The notes: generated by a model from the letters alone, not told the origin. Shown: positions 49,001 through 57,440, counted from the stretch's first letter. The stretch: 63,932 nt of DNA from Myxococcota bacterium (GCA_963676915.2 CAXXVK010000003.1:1-63932), one strand, 5' to 3'. Numbers and translations are program-made.

Positions 49001-52000
49001 CGCACCGTATCACCGATTTTGACCGGTGCTTTGAACGAAGGCTGCTCCACGGCTGTAATCTCCATCGACGGAAAACGCCGCCCGACATCGGCAAGCACGA
49101 TCCCTTCGGACCCGACACCATGCAGAATCACCGCGCCGTAACGGGTACGTGCGGCATAGTCCTCATCGAGGTGGTAGCTGTTGCGATCACCGCTGGAGGT
49201 GGCAAGCGCCTTGATGAAATCTCCCGTTACTTTCAGCGGTTCTCCGAGATAAGCGCGACCCGGCAGAGCATCGAGAGATTCCACACCCGCCAGAGTGCCA
49301 ATCGAATGAATACGCACGCCTTCATCGATCCCTTTTTCCGAACGCAGCTTCTCCAGCGCATAAGCGCTTCCCGCGCTTCCAAGTTGAATCAGGTTACGGA
49401 TACCGCCCTCGACCATCGCGGCCATGGTGGCGGACCATTTTAGCGGGGTGGTGAAGGTGCGTTTGAGGTTGTCGAGAATTTTGGCTTTCGAATCGAGCGG
49501 CTGGCCCGGATCGAGCGTCGAGAGCATCGGCAGGCGTGTAGCTGCGATATCGAGGCCATCCACGAAATCCAGGTAACCTTGAAGAATGTCGGTGGATTGC
49601 GCCAACCGTGGTTCGTGAGCGGCGCAAGGATTGTTTGAAACCAGGGCACGACCGCCGGCCTGTCCCACAGCTTCTTCGAGCTTCGTCAGGTTTTCGCGAG
49701 GCAGCGCCACGATAAACAGTGTCTTGGACTCCTCGATGACCACCGAAGCCCCCAAAGGCTTGGTTACATCCAGCATGCGGTCGTAGTCGAGATTTTCGAC
49801 GACAGCCATGCGCAGACCGATATCGTCGGCGCATCCGGCAAGGGAGGCGGCCCAGCGGTAGGCAACTTCCACCGCCGTTTCGTCGGAGAGCGCCCCGGAT
49901 ACGGCGTAAGCCGCCGGTTCGCCCATGCTTTCGCCCACCACGACGGCAGGTTCGCCGTGAACGTCGAAGAAACGCCGTGCCAGCGCGATACTGACGACGG
50001 TTTGAGCGGCGACACTCAACGGGAAGTTCCCGTCCCAGTCCCAACCGCCCCCTTCGACCTGTATGCGTCGAGCCTGGTTTTCACCGGACATCAGGGCGCG
50101 CAATTTACCTTTGGACACACCGAGTTTCTCAAGTGCGACTTCGGCGTGATTCACCAGGTTGATAAGATCGGCATCCAGGTCGAGATCCGCTCCCATGCCG
50201 GGCCAGTGCGAACCTCCCGTCGGGAAGATCAACGCCGATTCGGAAGCTTTCAAAACCGGGGGCGCCACAGGCTTTTCAGGCTTGGAAGTCTTTGTTTTGC
50301 TTTCGTTTTTAGAATTTTCACCTTTGCGCAACTGAGCGCGAGCCAGCTTGCCGAAGTTACTCTTGGCCAGATCCCCGACGATTTCCACAAGCGTCGGTGT
50401 CTCGTGGGCTTCAAGTAGCGGCTTGGCGGCTTCGATAACCGATTCCGGGGTCAGTTCGGCACCGGCCGCCGGAACCACAAAAGCTTTGACACGGTTGGTT
50501 TCGATACTGTCGTCAAAGACTCCGATCACACCGACCTCGGCCACGCCATCAAGCGTCAACAACGCTTGCTCCACCGTTTCCGGGTATACATTGAGTTCGT
50601 TGACCGTAAACATGTCGTCGGCGCGTCCCTGGAAGACGAAGTAGCCGTCGCGGTCCATTTTGAAGATATCGTCCTTCTGCCACCAGCCATCGAGCATCAC
50701 CTTTGCGCTGGCTTCCGGGCGTCCGGCGTAGCCTGAAGACAGATGCGGTCCACGAATCTGGAGTAAACCGGCCACACCGGGAGGTTCCACCTCTCCGGTC
50801 ACGGCGTTGACGATTCTGGCTTCCACGTTCGGTACGGGAATTCCCTCGGTACCCGCACGATTGGTGCGGGCGGGATTCATCAGACTCGAAGGCGTTTCCG
50901 TCGAACCGTAACCCGAGCAGGGAATTACGCCGAAACGTTGTCGCCAGATTTCGGTTACAGCCGGTGTCAACGTATCGCCGCTGGAGGCAATGCGATGCAA
51001 ATGGGAAAGGTCGGCGGATTCGGGAATCATCCGGGCCAGCGTCGCCAGCGCCGAACGGGAGGAAAACAGAATACTGACGTTTTCGTCCACCATCGAGTCG
51101 GCTACGATACTGAGATAGCGCGGTCCGGTGTTGGGGACCACAAGAGCATCCGCTCCCGTGAGGATCGGTGTGAGCACACCGGTGGCGAAACCGTAGGTAT
51201 GAGTGAACGGCAGAGTGGTTGCAACCACATGGGACCGCTCGTCATTCTCCGGGATCATTGTAATGCCTCGCTGCAGACCCAGCGCCAACATACTTTTATG
51301 GGAATGTACAGCCGCCTTGCTTACCCCGGTCGTCGTGCCCCCGGTATAAGGCCATGCGAGTGGATCGTCCGGGGAAACATCCGCAATAACAGGCTCATCC
51401 GATGCTTTTAGCAACAGATCGCGCAATCGGAAAACTTTGACGTTTTTGCCCAACGCATGACTGAATTCCTCTTCGCTTTCCGGTGCACGAGACGGCTCGG
51501 CTCCAGGTACGAAATCTTCCACGCCGGTCAATACGACGGCTTGGAGCGAAGGTACTTTTACCAGAGCTTCGGCGAATTTTCGCGGCGGATCGAGCTTTCG
51601 ATCCCACAAGGCTTTGAACTCGGGTTGAAGTTCGGCAGGAATCAGCTTTGCCAAACTGTCGCGAGCCGTGGCGGAATCGTCGGCTGTCAGCTTTCGGCGT
51701 GCCTTGCGCAACTCGGCCATGAATGCGGTATCGTCATCGAGATCGTTCTCTCCGGCCCAGGCCATCAGTCGAGCGTGATGCAGTTCGGCGTCATCTCCAC
51801 CGGTTCCGGCATCGAAAAACAGGGCTTTGGCTTCGGCATCGTTGAAAAAGCGGTCGGCCAGATGAGCTTTGGATGGGTCCAGCGGCACAATCACCGCCCC
51901 GATGGAGGCCGCCGCCTGGAAAACCGCTACATTGGCCAGGGTGTTACTGGTCGATAAAGCGATGCGGTCGCCTTTTTGGATGCCCAACTCCATGAGGATG

Positions 52001-52362
52001 TTGGCAACACGGTTGGCGCCGGTTTCGAGAATATCGAGAAAGGGAATATCGGCGGTCAGCACTTCGCGTTCGCCTGTACGAGTGACGCGTTCGGCCTTGT
52101 AGTGAAACGCTTTGTCGGAATGCTTTCGGGCCGATTCCAACAGAACTTCCGGCAGGGTTTTGTCGGGAACGTCTACGGTTGCTGGGACTCCCTTGTCGTA
52201 AAGCAGGGTCCATTTGGCGCGCCAGTATCGTTCGAGCGCGTCTCCCTCCATACCCTTTCGAGCTACTGCTGCATCGAGCACCCGCAGGTCTTCTTCCATA
52301 CGAAATGCATGGTCGGGGTCCGCAACGTTTTCGTCTCGAATCAATGCTTCAAAACTTTCCAA
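46069..52362 (-). CDS. Multidomain enzyme: acyl-CoA ligase, acyltransferase, MaoC hydratase, second hot-dog, CitE/malyl-CoA lyase barrel, degenerate CitE barrel
   Basis: YTGGTTTGVSK, GYGSTE, GRADD, KSNFGK (ligase); FPTGGSHWPGMG, GESMGE (AT); SGDRNSYH..ILHG (MaoC); IDLEDAV, LRPNN, IEHP, GHVDY, GFDGKWSIH (CitE). The TTG start has no SD; probably continuous with the upstream ORF. Confidence 0.88.
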   Translation of the reverse strand: MESFEALIRDENVADPDHAFRMEEDLRVLDAAVARKGMEGDALERYWRAKWTLLYDKGVPATVDVPDKTLPEVLLESARKHSDKAFHYKAERVTRTGEREVLTADIPFLDILETGANRVANILMELGIQKGDRIALSTSNTLANVAVFQAAASIGAVIVPLDPSKAHLADRFFNDAEAKALFFDAGTGGDDAELHHARLMAWAGENDLDDDTAFMAELRKARRKLTADDSATARDSLAKLIPAELQPEFKALWDRKLDPPRKFAEALVKVPSLQAVVLTGVEDFVPGAEPSRAPESEEEFSHALGKNVKVFRLRDLLLKASDEPVIADVSPDDPLAWPYTGGTTTGVSKAAVHSHKSMLALGLQRGITMIPENDERSHVVATTLPFTHTYGFATGVLTPILTGADALVVPNTGPRYLSIVADSMVDENVSILFSSRSALATLARMIPESADLSHLHRIASSGDTLTPAVTEIWRQRFGVIPCSGYGSTETPSSLMNPARTNRAGTEGIPVPNVEARIVNAVTGEVEPPGVAGLLQIRGPHLSSGYAGRPEASAKVMLDGWWQKDDIFKMDRDGYFVFQGRADDMFTVNELNVYPETVEQALLTLDGVAEVGVIGVFDDSIETNRVKAFVVPAAGAELTPESVIEAAKPLLEAHETPTLVEIVGDLAKSNFGKLARAQLRKGENSKNESKTKTSKPEKPVAPPVLKASESALIFPTGGSHWPGMGADLDLDADLINLVNHAEVALEKLGVSKGKLRALMSGENQARRIQVEGGGWDWDGNFPLSVAAQTVVSIALARRFFDVHGEPAVVVGESMGEPAAYAVSGALSDETAVEVAYRWAASLAGCADDIGLRMAVVENLDYDRMLDVTKPLGASVVIEESKTLFIVALPRENLTKLEEAVGQAGGRALVSNNPCAAHEPRLAQSTDILQGYLDFVDGLDIAATRLPMLSTLDPGQPLDSKAKILDNLKRTFTTPLKWSATMAAMVEGGIRNLIQLGSAGSAYALEKLRSEKGIDEGVRIHSIGTLAGVESLDALPGRAYLGEPLKVTGDFIKALATSSGDRNSYHLDEDYAARTRYGAVILHGVGSEGIVLADVGRRFPSMEITAVEQPSFKAPVKIGDTVRPIVEILDAAPQEIKVGLQAVNGWGDILFDATAWLSPRSTSYPRTEEIDLKAYSKDTVAFEPRPAPDFSEGDNETFTYELDTDRIAATRQLFPGGDAAFSGALGIQLLSFASASFVPGYVLTGTSLLDTRRAIFELKRSVERAGATNADVQKAVESTESAASFLDALPLSGKAGKLLKKALPSTIERTLDRLLATERGKKQFDATWSHADVSIQAGELAVTTVVDKLEGVQPGRSIAVGMEVADSLGRLLYVGGVTKKETAVNETSDVQSSDEKLAETLVQQKIINVFPVTRPRDAENSAADPDVNAALIDLEDAVSPTMRREARPRAVETFHRVRRDSSPAKKGLVAALQTARSRLKGANITESLMNPDVHDLESLMATLDFRKKGGEDFLKAMKRPQQKLLKSYLANEGTRRVLADSLGHLDFGGKVLKLRPNNVRTTASAADYYEVVRHVGDRIDALTIPKSRDPREIEEIDRVLTALEIANGWPVGRIKLELLIEHPLAVEYVDEIAAASPRIISLIYGHVDYVAATRGWDQNYQFEFQHYAKRRTVEAAHANGQIAIDAITPSISTELAKIDAEKAAAMGFDGKWSIHLEHIAGIRQVQFPPPKLTIKPHPGAEKFSNGLFDLDTLGRLAASESPLFDEPLPMNRAIVPDRLAILRIDSKRLGDFDPESASQVQVDLRGESLHSYESSVKALGEKAAVILSPDASAEDFKKARELADTLVLESSGGQPIDEKTFEKASENFGAGGSIQLGLKTTEELDHAFKLARDHAGVTALINQIAPLDNWDVSGALVSAASSLGIDPIQGVDTNDEGRTARAFRAAHMGIRGQVVETPKHLDEIRQAYTPRDDLIAEASAVVERYYKAERIENLGAIPYEFTYLLDKPTRGLVDAATAKIFDVVMNRAAELDLLSEDQREVWRSYTCRWRWNDSGEEVDFTRWQWAKDSTDEIQRRDDPGVTAQLGNQSGGFRPEGEDE

Positions 52363-54743
52363 GCGCTGTTCGAGATCGGTTTTCGGGGAGTATCGGGCAA
52401 AAATACCGCCTGATCACCACTCCCCAGACGGATGCCATCGTACTCCCGTAACGCTTCAAGGATCGCTTCGGGCGCTCCGAAACCATCTCCCAGCGATAGC
52501 GGCCCACGCAGCACGGCGATGCCGAGTGGCCGGGCAATGGATCGGATCGAACCGGCTCCGTGCTCCAACGCTTCTTCGGCTTCTCGAATGCGACGAACCT
52601 GGGCGTCATGCTCGGATTCTCCAGGCTTGAGAATGAAAAACCAGCCCAGTTGCGCAGGTAATGTCGCTCCCAGTTCCACAGCAGAAATGCGCGGAGTGGA
52701 CATCAGAACGGTGCGGGCGTTGTCCAAGGCGAGAGGAGATTCCAGAACCGCCTGGATACCGACCGAACCTTTGGTCAGGCCGAGCACGCCTTCAAGTTCC
52801 GTCAGTTCGTCATCCAGCGCCCAGACATCTTCCGGCGTTTCGACTTCGGCCACGACATCCAACAGATTTTCACGCAATTCCGGGAAAAAGCTTCGAATTT
52901 CCTCTTGCGCTTCGGGAATGTCACGGCTGAGTTTGAGCGAAAGTTTTTTGCCCGAAGCCGTCCACGTTTTCGCAACATCCAGAGCAAGATTTCGGGCTTC
53001 TGCGAGGGTTTGCGTACTGACGCGCTCAAATTGCAAATTCAGTACGATTTCACCGTACGCCGAGATTTTTTCGAACGAATCTCCGGCCCGTGCAAGCAAC
53101 GAAACCCGCTTGGAACGGTGGCGCGAAGGCGTGACGGCAAAAAGTTTTGCACGACGCCGCTTTTCGGTTTCAAAAGGATCGGCCACGGCAAGAGCCACAC
53201 CCGGCTCACCGGCAGACGCGGCGTCTTCCGTCGTGGCGGGTGCTGCGATCTTGGGTTCGGGAAAATCAGGCTCGATACGTCCGGCCAGCAAATCGTCCGT
53301 TCGGGTAAGAATTTCGCGCACCTTGGCCGCCGCTCCGGCAGGAGCGACCAGTTCCTGCAACTGAACCCCCATTTCGCGCTTGACTTGCCGCCGCAGGTCT
53401 TTGTCCTGCTTGGTGGCGAACTTCAGCAACTCTTCAATTCCCTTGTCGGTAAGGGAGGCTTCTTCTTTCGTGAAAAGCTCGGAATCATCTTTGAAGCGAT
53501 CCAGCAAACGGAACAGCGCCGGATTCATACCGTCAGGCGTCAAAAAACCGAAACTTTCGTGCAATTCCGATAGTTCCATCTCCAGCACGATGAACGTTTT
53601 CGAGGCAATCCGGCGCTTGGAACCGTCGCCCATTTCCAGATCGAAGGACGGCCTCACGGGATTGCCTTCGAGTGTATCGGTGACGAGTGCTTCGGCCCGA
53701 AGCCGCTGTTCATCCGAAGCCTGAGAAAGCCTCGCCAGTTGCCGCGCCATTCCAGCGGCTTCCTGGAACCACTCATACACAAGCTCTTCCCCATCGGTCT
53801 TGAACGAAGGGTCTTCGAAATGCGCGGCTTCATGCAGCAGTTCGCTTCTCAGCAGCAAGTCACGAGCATCGGAAAGATCCTCGGGACCATCGAACAGGCC
53901 GTAGTTGACCAGCACCGCCCCTCGTGCGCCTTCGGACAGTTCCGGGGCATGCTCGATGGCGGCGTAGGATTCGGCATCCAACGTCAACGCAAGAAAATGA
54001 AGCTGGGCAAACGGAGCCAACTTTCGGAAATCGTTGGATTCTTCCGCATTATCGAGGTTGTCGTACGCTTCGGGATGAACTTCGACCACTCGAAATTCGA
54101 GACCGCAACGACGAGCGAGATCGAACACGGGGCCAAGCTCAGGATCGTCGGCCTTGGCCATCAGAGCATTAAAAACGTCCCCTTCGGCATGGAAGATCGG
54201 AGGAGGAGGAGCTTCGGCAGCGGGGCTGCCCTGCAACAGTTCCATGACATCCGTGCGCGACTTTTCGTAGTTTTTCACACCACCCGTTTTAGCCATGGGA
54301 CGTACGTTGTCCAGCGTTCGAGCGTGCGCGGGAAGCACGACAGCCGCCACGGCATGTCCGCCATCGTGAGAGATCGAAACCGACACTTCGGCAGACGAAA
54401 TCCCCGTTTTACGAGCCACAGAGGCGGGAAAATCCAAGGTCGGCGAACCGTCTTCGAGATGCCGAAGCACCACATCGTGTGGCGAAAGCGCACCCGAGGC
54501 AATGCCCGTTCCGATCGCTTTGAAAAACGCCTCTTTCGCTGCCCAGGCTCCGGCTAGACTGGCCGCTGGACTCTTTCGACTTTCGGCATAGGCAATTTCG
54601 TCTTCCGAAAAATTTTCCCGAAGCGAAATCGACGAGACGTTTTCGAAGTCTCGGGTTTCGACGATATCCACACCGACTCGCCCGGCAGTCTTCGAAGACG
54701 CACCCAGCGTTCGTTCCATCTCCTGTAAGTATTGCTCCACCAT
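52341..54743 (-). CDS. AcpS-type phosphopantetheinyl transferase fused to an HExxH-containing region and a degenerate CitE barrel
   Basis: VGVDIV, LAGAWAAKEAFFKA, SISHD (PPTase); LLHEAAH; AEVETPED..LTELE..GIQAVLESPLAL..PRISAVELG (CitE-like). Confidence 0.85.
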   Translation of the reverse strand: MVEQYLQEMERTLGASSKTAGRVGVDIVETRDFENVSSISLRENFSEDEIAYAESRKSPAASLAGAWAAKEAFFKAIGTGIASGALSPHDVVLRHLEDGSPTLDFPASVARKTGISSAEVSVSISHDGGHAVAAVVLPAHARTLDNVRPMAKTGGVKNYEKSRTDVMELLQGSPAAEAPPPPIFHAEGDVFNALMAKADDPELGPVFDLARRCGLEFRVVEVHPEAYDNLDNAEESNDFRKLAPFAQLHFLALTLDAESYAAIEHAPELSEGARGAVLVNYGLFDGPEDLSDARDLLLRSELLHEAAHFEDPSFKTDGEELVYEWFQEAAGMARQLARLSQASDEQRLRAEALVTDTLEGNPVRPSFDLEMGDGSKRRIASKTFIVLEMELSELHESFGFLTPDGMNPALFRLLDRFKDDSELFTKEEASLTDKGIEELLKFATKQDKDLRRQVKREMGVQLQELVAPAGAAAKVREILTRTDDLLAGRIEPDFPEPKIAAPATTEDAASAGEPGVALAVADPFETEKRRRAKLFAVTPSRHRSKRVSLLARAGDSFEKISAYGEIVLNLQFERVSTQTLAEARNLALDVAKTWTASGKKLSLKLSRDIPEAQEEIRSFFPELRENLLDVVAEVETPEDVWALDDELTELEGVLGLTKGSVGIQAVLESPLALDNARTVLMSTPRISAVELGATLPAQLGWFFILKPGESEHDAQVRRIREAEEALEHGAGSIRSIARPLGIAVLRGPLSLGDGFGAPEAILEALREYDGIRLGSGDQAVFLPDTPRKPISNSAWKVLKH

Positions 54744-54787
54744 AGGGGTTCCTTTGCTTCCGATTGCGAAATTTTTGGTAATACGGG

Positions 54788-55957
54788 TTATAAAATGACG
54801 CTGTAAGGCCAGTTTTCGCGCAGAGCGTAATCCGGCAGTGCTTCAATGATTTTCCAGGTGAATTCGAGGTTGGCGGGCGGCAGCGTTCCCAAAGCGGCCG
54901 CTTTGAGCAGGCTTTGCAGCGCTTTGCCGAACATCGGCGGGTCCAGCATTTCGCCCTTGTGCAGAATCGCACCACCGTTCAATGCTCCGGCATCCAGCGC
55001 TTTTTGCAGGATCTCGATCCGGTCTTTGATCCGCAATGGCGACGGGTAAAAGGCCGCACGGCCCAACGGAATATGATAGGGGTGAATGACCTGCTTGCCC
55101 GTCAAACCGAGTTGCGATTCCTCATAGGCATGCGCGAACACGATGCGGGAAGGCTCGTCCGCATCCTCCTGTAACCACTGTTGAATCTCTTCCCATTCTA
55201 CGAAATCCGGCATTTTTTTCTTGCCGATCAGCGTATCGACGCCCCCGACCACGCCTTTGCCTGCAATTCGCGCTTCGAACAGCAGATTGTCGCGGTAGGT
55301 TTTCAGCTCGTTGGGCCAGTTTTCCGGAGTGATGCGAATTCCCATGGCTTTGGAAAAATCGTGTATGCCGAACACAACGTGGCAAACGGGATCGTAGGAG
55401 AGGATTTCGTCCACGATTTTCAAGCTTTTCGGGTGTTCGATAATCGGCTCCACTGCGATGGCGGCCTGAATACCGACCAGCCACGACGCCAAATCACGAA
55501 TTTCGGCGGCTCCGTATTCTTCCCCTGCTTTGGCCAGTTCGAGGACATGGATTTTGTCTTTGAGATCTTTGACCATTTCCAGGTCTTTGTTGAACTCTTC
55601 CGACAAGAACTGATTGATACGAACGGCAATAATCAGATCGTCTCTCTCCAGCTTCGGCAGAACCTTGCGCAGAAAATCGCGACTCTCTTTTTTGCGCTGG
55701 CAACCGTCTTCCAGGTCGAAAACCAGGGTTGTGGCCTTTGTCGTGGCTCCCCACTTCCAGAAACGCTGCTCGGCCTGCTCGAACGTTTCATAGGTGTTTT
55801 TCTCCGGGATGAATTTGATCGGCGGGTAATACAATTCGATTCCGGGCCAGCGACCGGTTTCATGCACCGAGCCGGTCGATGTCGGCGTTACGCCGAAACG
55901 CTGGTTGTGTATATGCCGGTGCTCGATAGGGGAACGTCGGGTGTTTTCGATTTCCAC
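54788..55957 (-). CDS. CitE/malyl-CoA lyase (HpcH/HpaI aldolase-citrate lyase) family enzyme
   Basis: GTG start after AAGGAGG; VFDLEDG, AVRIN, IIEHP, FGIHDF, GKQVIHP, GEMLDPPM; all canonical residues present. Confidence 0.9.
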   Translation of the reverse strand: MEIENTRRSPIEHRHIHNQRFGVTPTSTGSVHETGRWPGIELYYPPIKFIPEKNTYETFEQAEQRFWKWGATTKATTLVFDLEDGCQRKKESRDFLRKVLPKLERDDLIIAVRINQFLSEEFNKDLEMVKDLKDKIHVLELAKAGEEYGAAEIRDLASWLVGIQAAIAVEPIIEHPKSLKIVDEILSYDPVCHVVFGIHDFSKAMGIRITPENWPNELKTYRDNLLFEARIAGKGVVGGVDTLIGKKKMPDFVEWEEIQQWLQEDADEPSRIVFAHAYEESQLGLTGKQVIHPYHIPLGRAAFYPSPLRIKDRIEILQKALDAGALNGGAILHKGEMLDPPMFGKALQSLLKAAALGTLPPANLEFTWKIIEALPDYALRENWPYSVIL

Positions 55958-56508
55958 GGTTTTTCCTCCTTGGCGACTCCTATACGGAGGCCGTCAGGTG
56001 TTCAACGAATCGTCTTCCAGTAGGACAGGTTCCAAGAAATACAAGACCGATACGAGACAACGTTGGTGTCATTTCGTTCCATATATGCCAAACCTGATCC
56101 TTGAAGATTGTTTCCTATACCAAGTAATAACGACTACAAGTTCGTTCTTCTTAACTATGAGGAATAATTTTAAGAATCAAGTCGATAGACTTAATTTCAT
56201 CATATTTTTTTTCGAAGGAGTAAAAGAAGCATCGGGGAACCGCAGGAAATCAAAACTCAATCAAGAGAAATTGCGGAAAAGGGGTTGGGTATCCAAGAAT
56301 TCCTGGTAAAAAATTCCTTCCCTTGTTCCCGAACAAAGCGTTCTTTCTCTTTCCCTTTGCTTGGGAACGTGGTATGCACCGAAAACAAAGAACATGGGTG
56401 GCCGTAGGCTCCGATCCGCAACCCGCCGTTTTCCTGAAAACGAAGCCGTGGAGGATGGATTTTCGAGCGAAGGGCCGTGGAATCTATAACGGAAAGAAAG
56501 GGACGATC

Positions 56509-57360
56509 ATGAGCGAAATCAAAAAAGTAGGGATTCTTGGTGCAGGAATGATGGGTGCCGAAATCGCGCTGTGCTGCGCCCGCTCGGGTATGACAGTGGT
56601 GATGAAGGAAATCACCCTGGAGTTGGCCGAAAAAGGCAAGGGGCGTTGCGAGAAGATTTTGTCGAAAGCCGTAGCCAAAGGCAAAATGGAAGAAGCGCAA
56701 AAGGCTGAAATCCTTGAAAGAATCGTTCCTACCGAAACCTACGATGGTTTCGAAGATGCACAGATGGTCGTCGAAGCGATCCTGGAAAACCTCGACCTGA
56801 AACACAAAGTTTACAAGGAATTGGACGAAATCTGCCCCGCCGAGTGCATTTTCGCCTCCAACACGTCGTCCATCTCGATCACCAAGCTGGCCAAGGCTGC
56901 GCGGGCGGATCGTTTCGTGGGTCTGCACTTCTTCAGCCCGGCCTCGATCATGAAGCTGGTCGAAGTCATTCCCGGACTGCTCAGCTCGGACGAAACCGTG
57001 GAAGCCTCCAAAGCGTTCTGTGAAGCCATCGGCAAAGTGCCGATCAAGGTGCGCAATGTGGAAGGTTTCGTGGTCAACCGCATTCTCTGCGTCATGATGA
57101 ACGAAGCCTACCGTTTGTTGGACGAAGGAGTGGCGACCATCGAAGAAATCGACACCGCCTGCAAACTCGGACTGGGCCACCCGGTCGGACCGTTCCGTCT
57201 GTGCGACAACATCAGCCTCGACCTGCTGACGAACGTCCACGGCATTCTGACCGAAGCCTACGGCGACCGCTTCAAGCTGCCCAACGCCTACCGCGAGCGC
57301 GTGGATGCCGGGCATGTGGGACGCAAAGTCGGCAAAGGTTGGTACGACTACGAAAAATAA
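56509..57360 (+). CDS. 3-hydroxyacyl(butyryl)-CoA dehydrogenase
   Basis: GILGAGMMG, VVEAILEN, ASNTSSISIT, GLHFFSP, GFVVNR, GRKVGKGWYDY. Confidence 0.95.
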   Translation: MSEIKKVGILGAGMMGAEIALCCARSGMTVVMKEITLELAEKGKGRCEKILSKAVAKGKMEEAQKAEILERIVPTETYDGFEDAQMVVEAILENLDLKHKVYKELDEICPAECIFASNTSSISITKLAKAARADRFVGLHFFSPASIMKLVEVIPGLLSSDETVEASKAFCEAIGKVPIKVRNVEGFVVNRILCVMMNEAYRLLDEGVATIEEIDTACKLGLGHPVGPFRLCDNISLDLLTNVHGILTEAYGDRFKLPNAYRERVDAGHVGRKVGKGWYDYEK

Positions 57361-57385
57361 GCGCTAAAGTTCGTATTTTCGTTCA

Positions 57386-57415
57386 CACGGGGATGGTCGC
57401 AAGGCCGTCCCCGTG
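57386..57415. terminator. Hairpin between convergent genes
   Basis: CACGGGGATGGTC-GCAA-GGCCGTCCCCGTG stem with a GNRA loop. Confidence 0.6.
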
Positions 57416-57440
57416 GCGTTTGATACAGTAAAGAGAAATT

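Noticed and set aside
52397-52405. Canonical -1 slippery heptamer at the junction
   Set aside because: A-UUU-UUG does not fit X-XXY-YYZ and T5 is short for transcriptional slippage, so programmed recoding is not claimed.
46069-54743. Calling the megaenzyme a PKS, NRPS or type I FAS
   Set aside because: No KS, condensation, KR/ER or canonical GxDS carrier motif was found.
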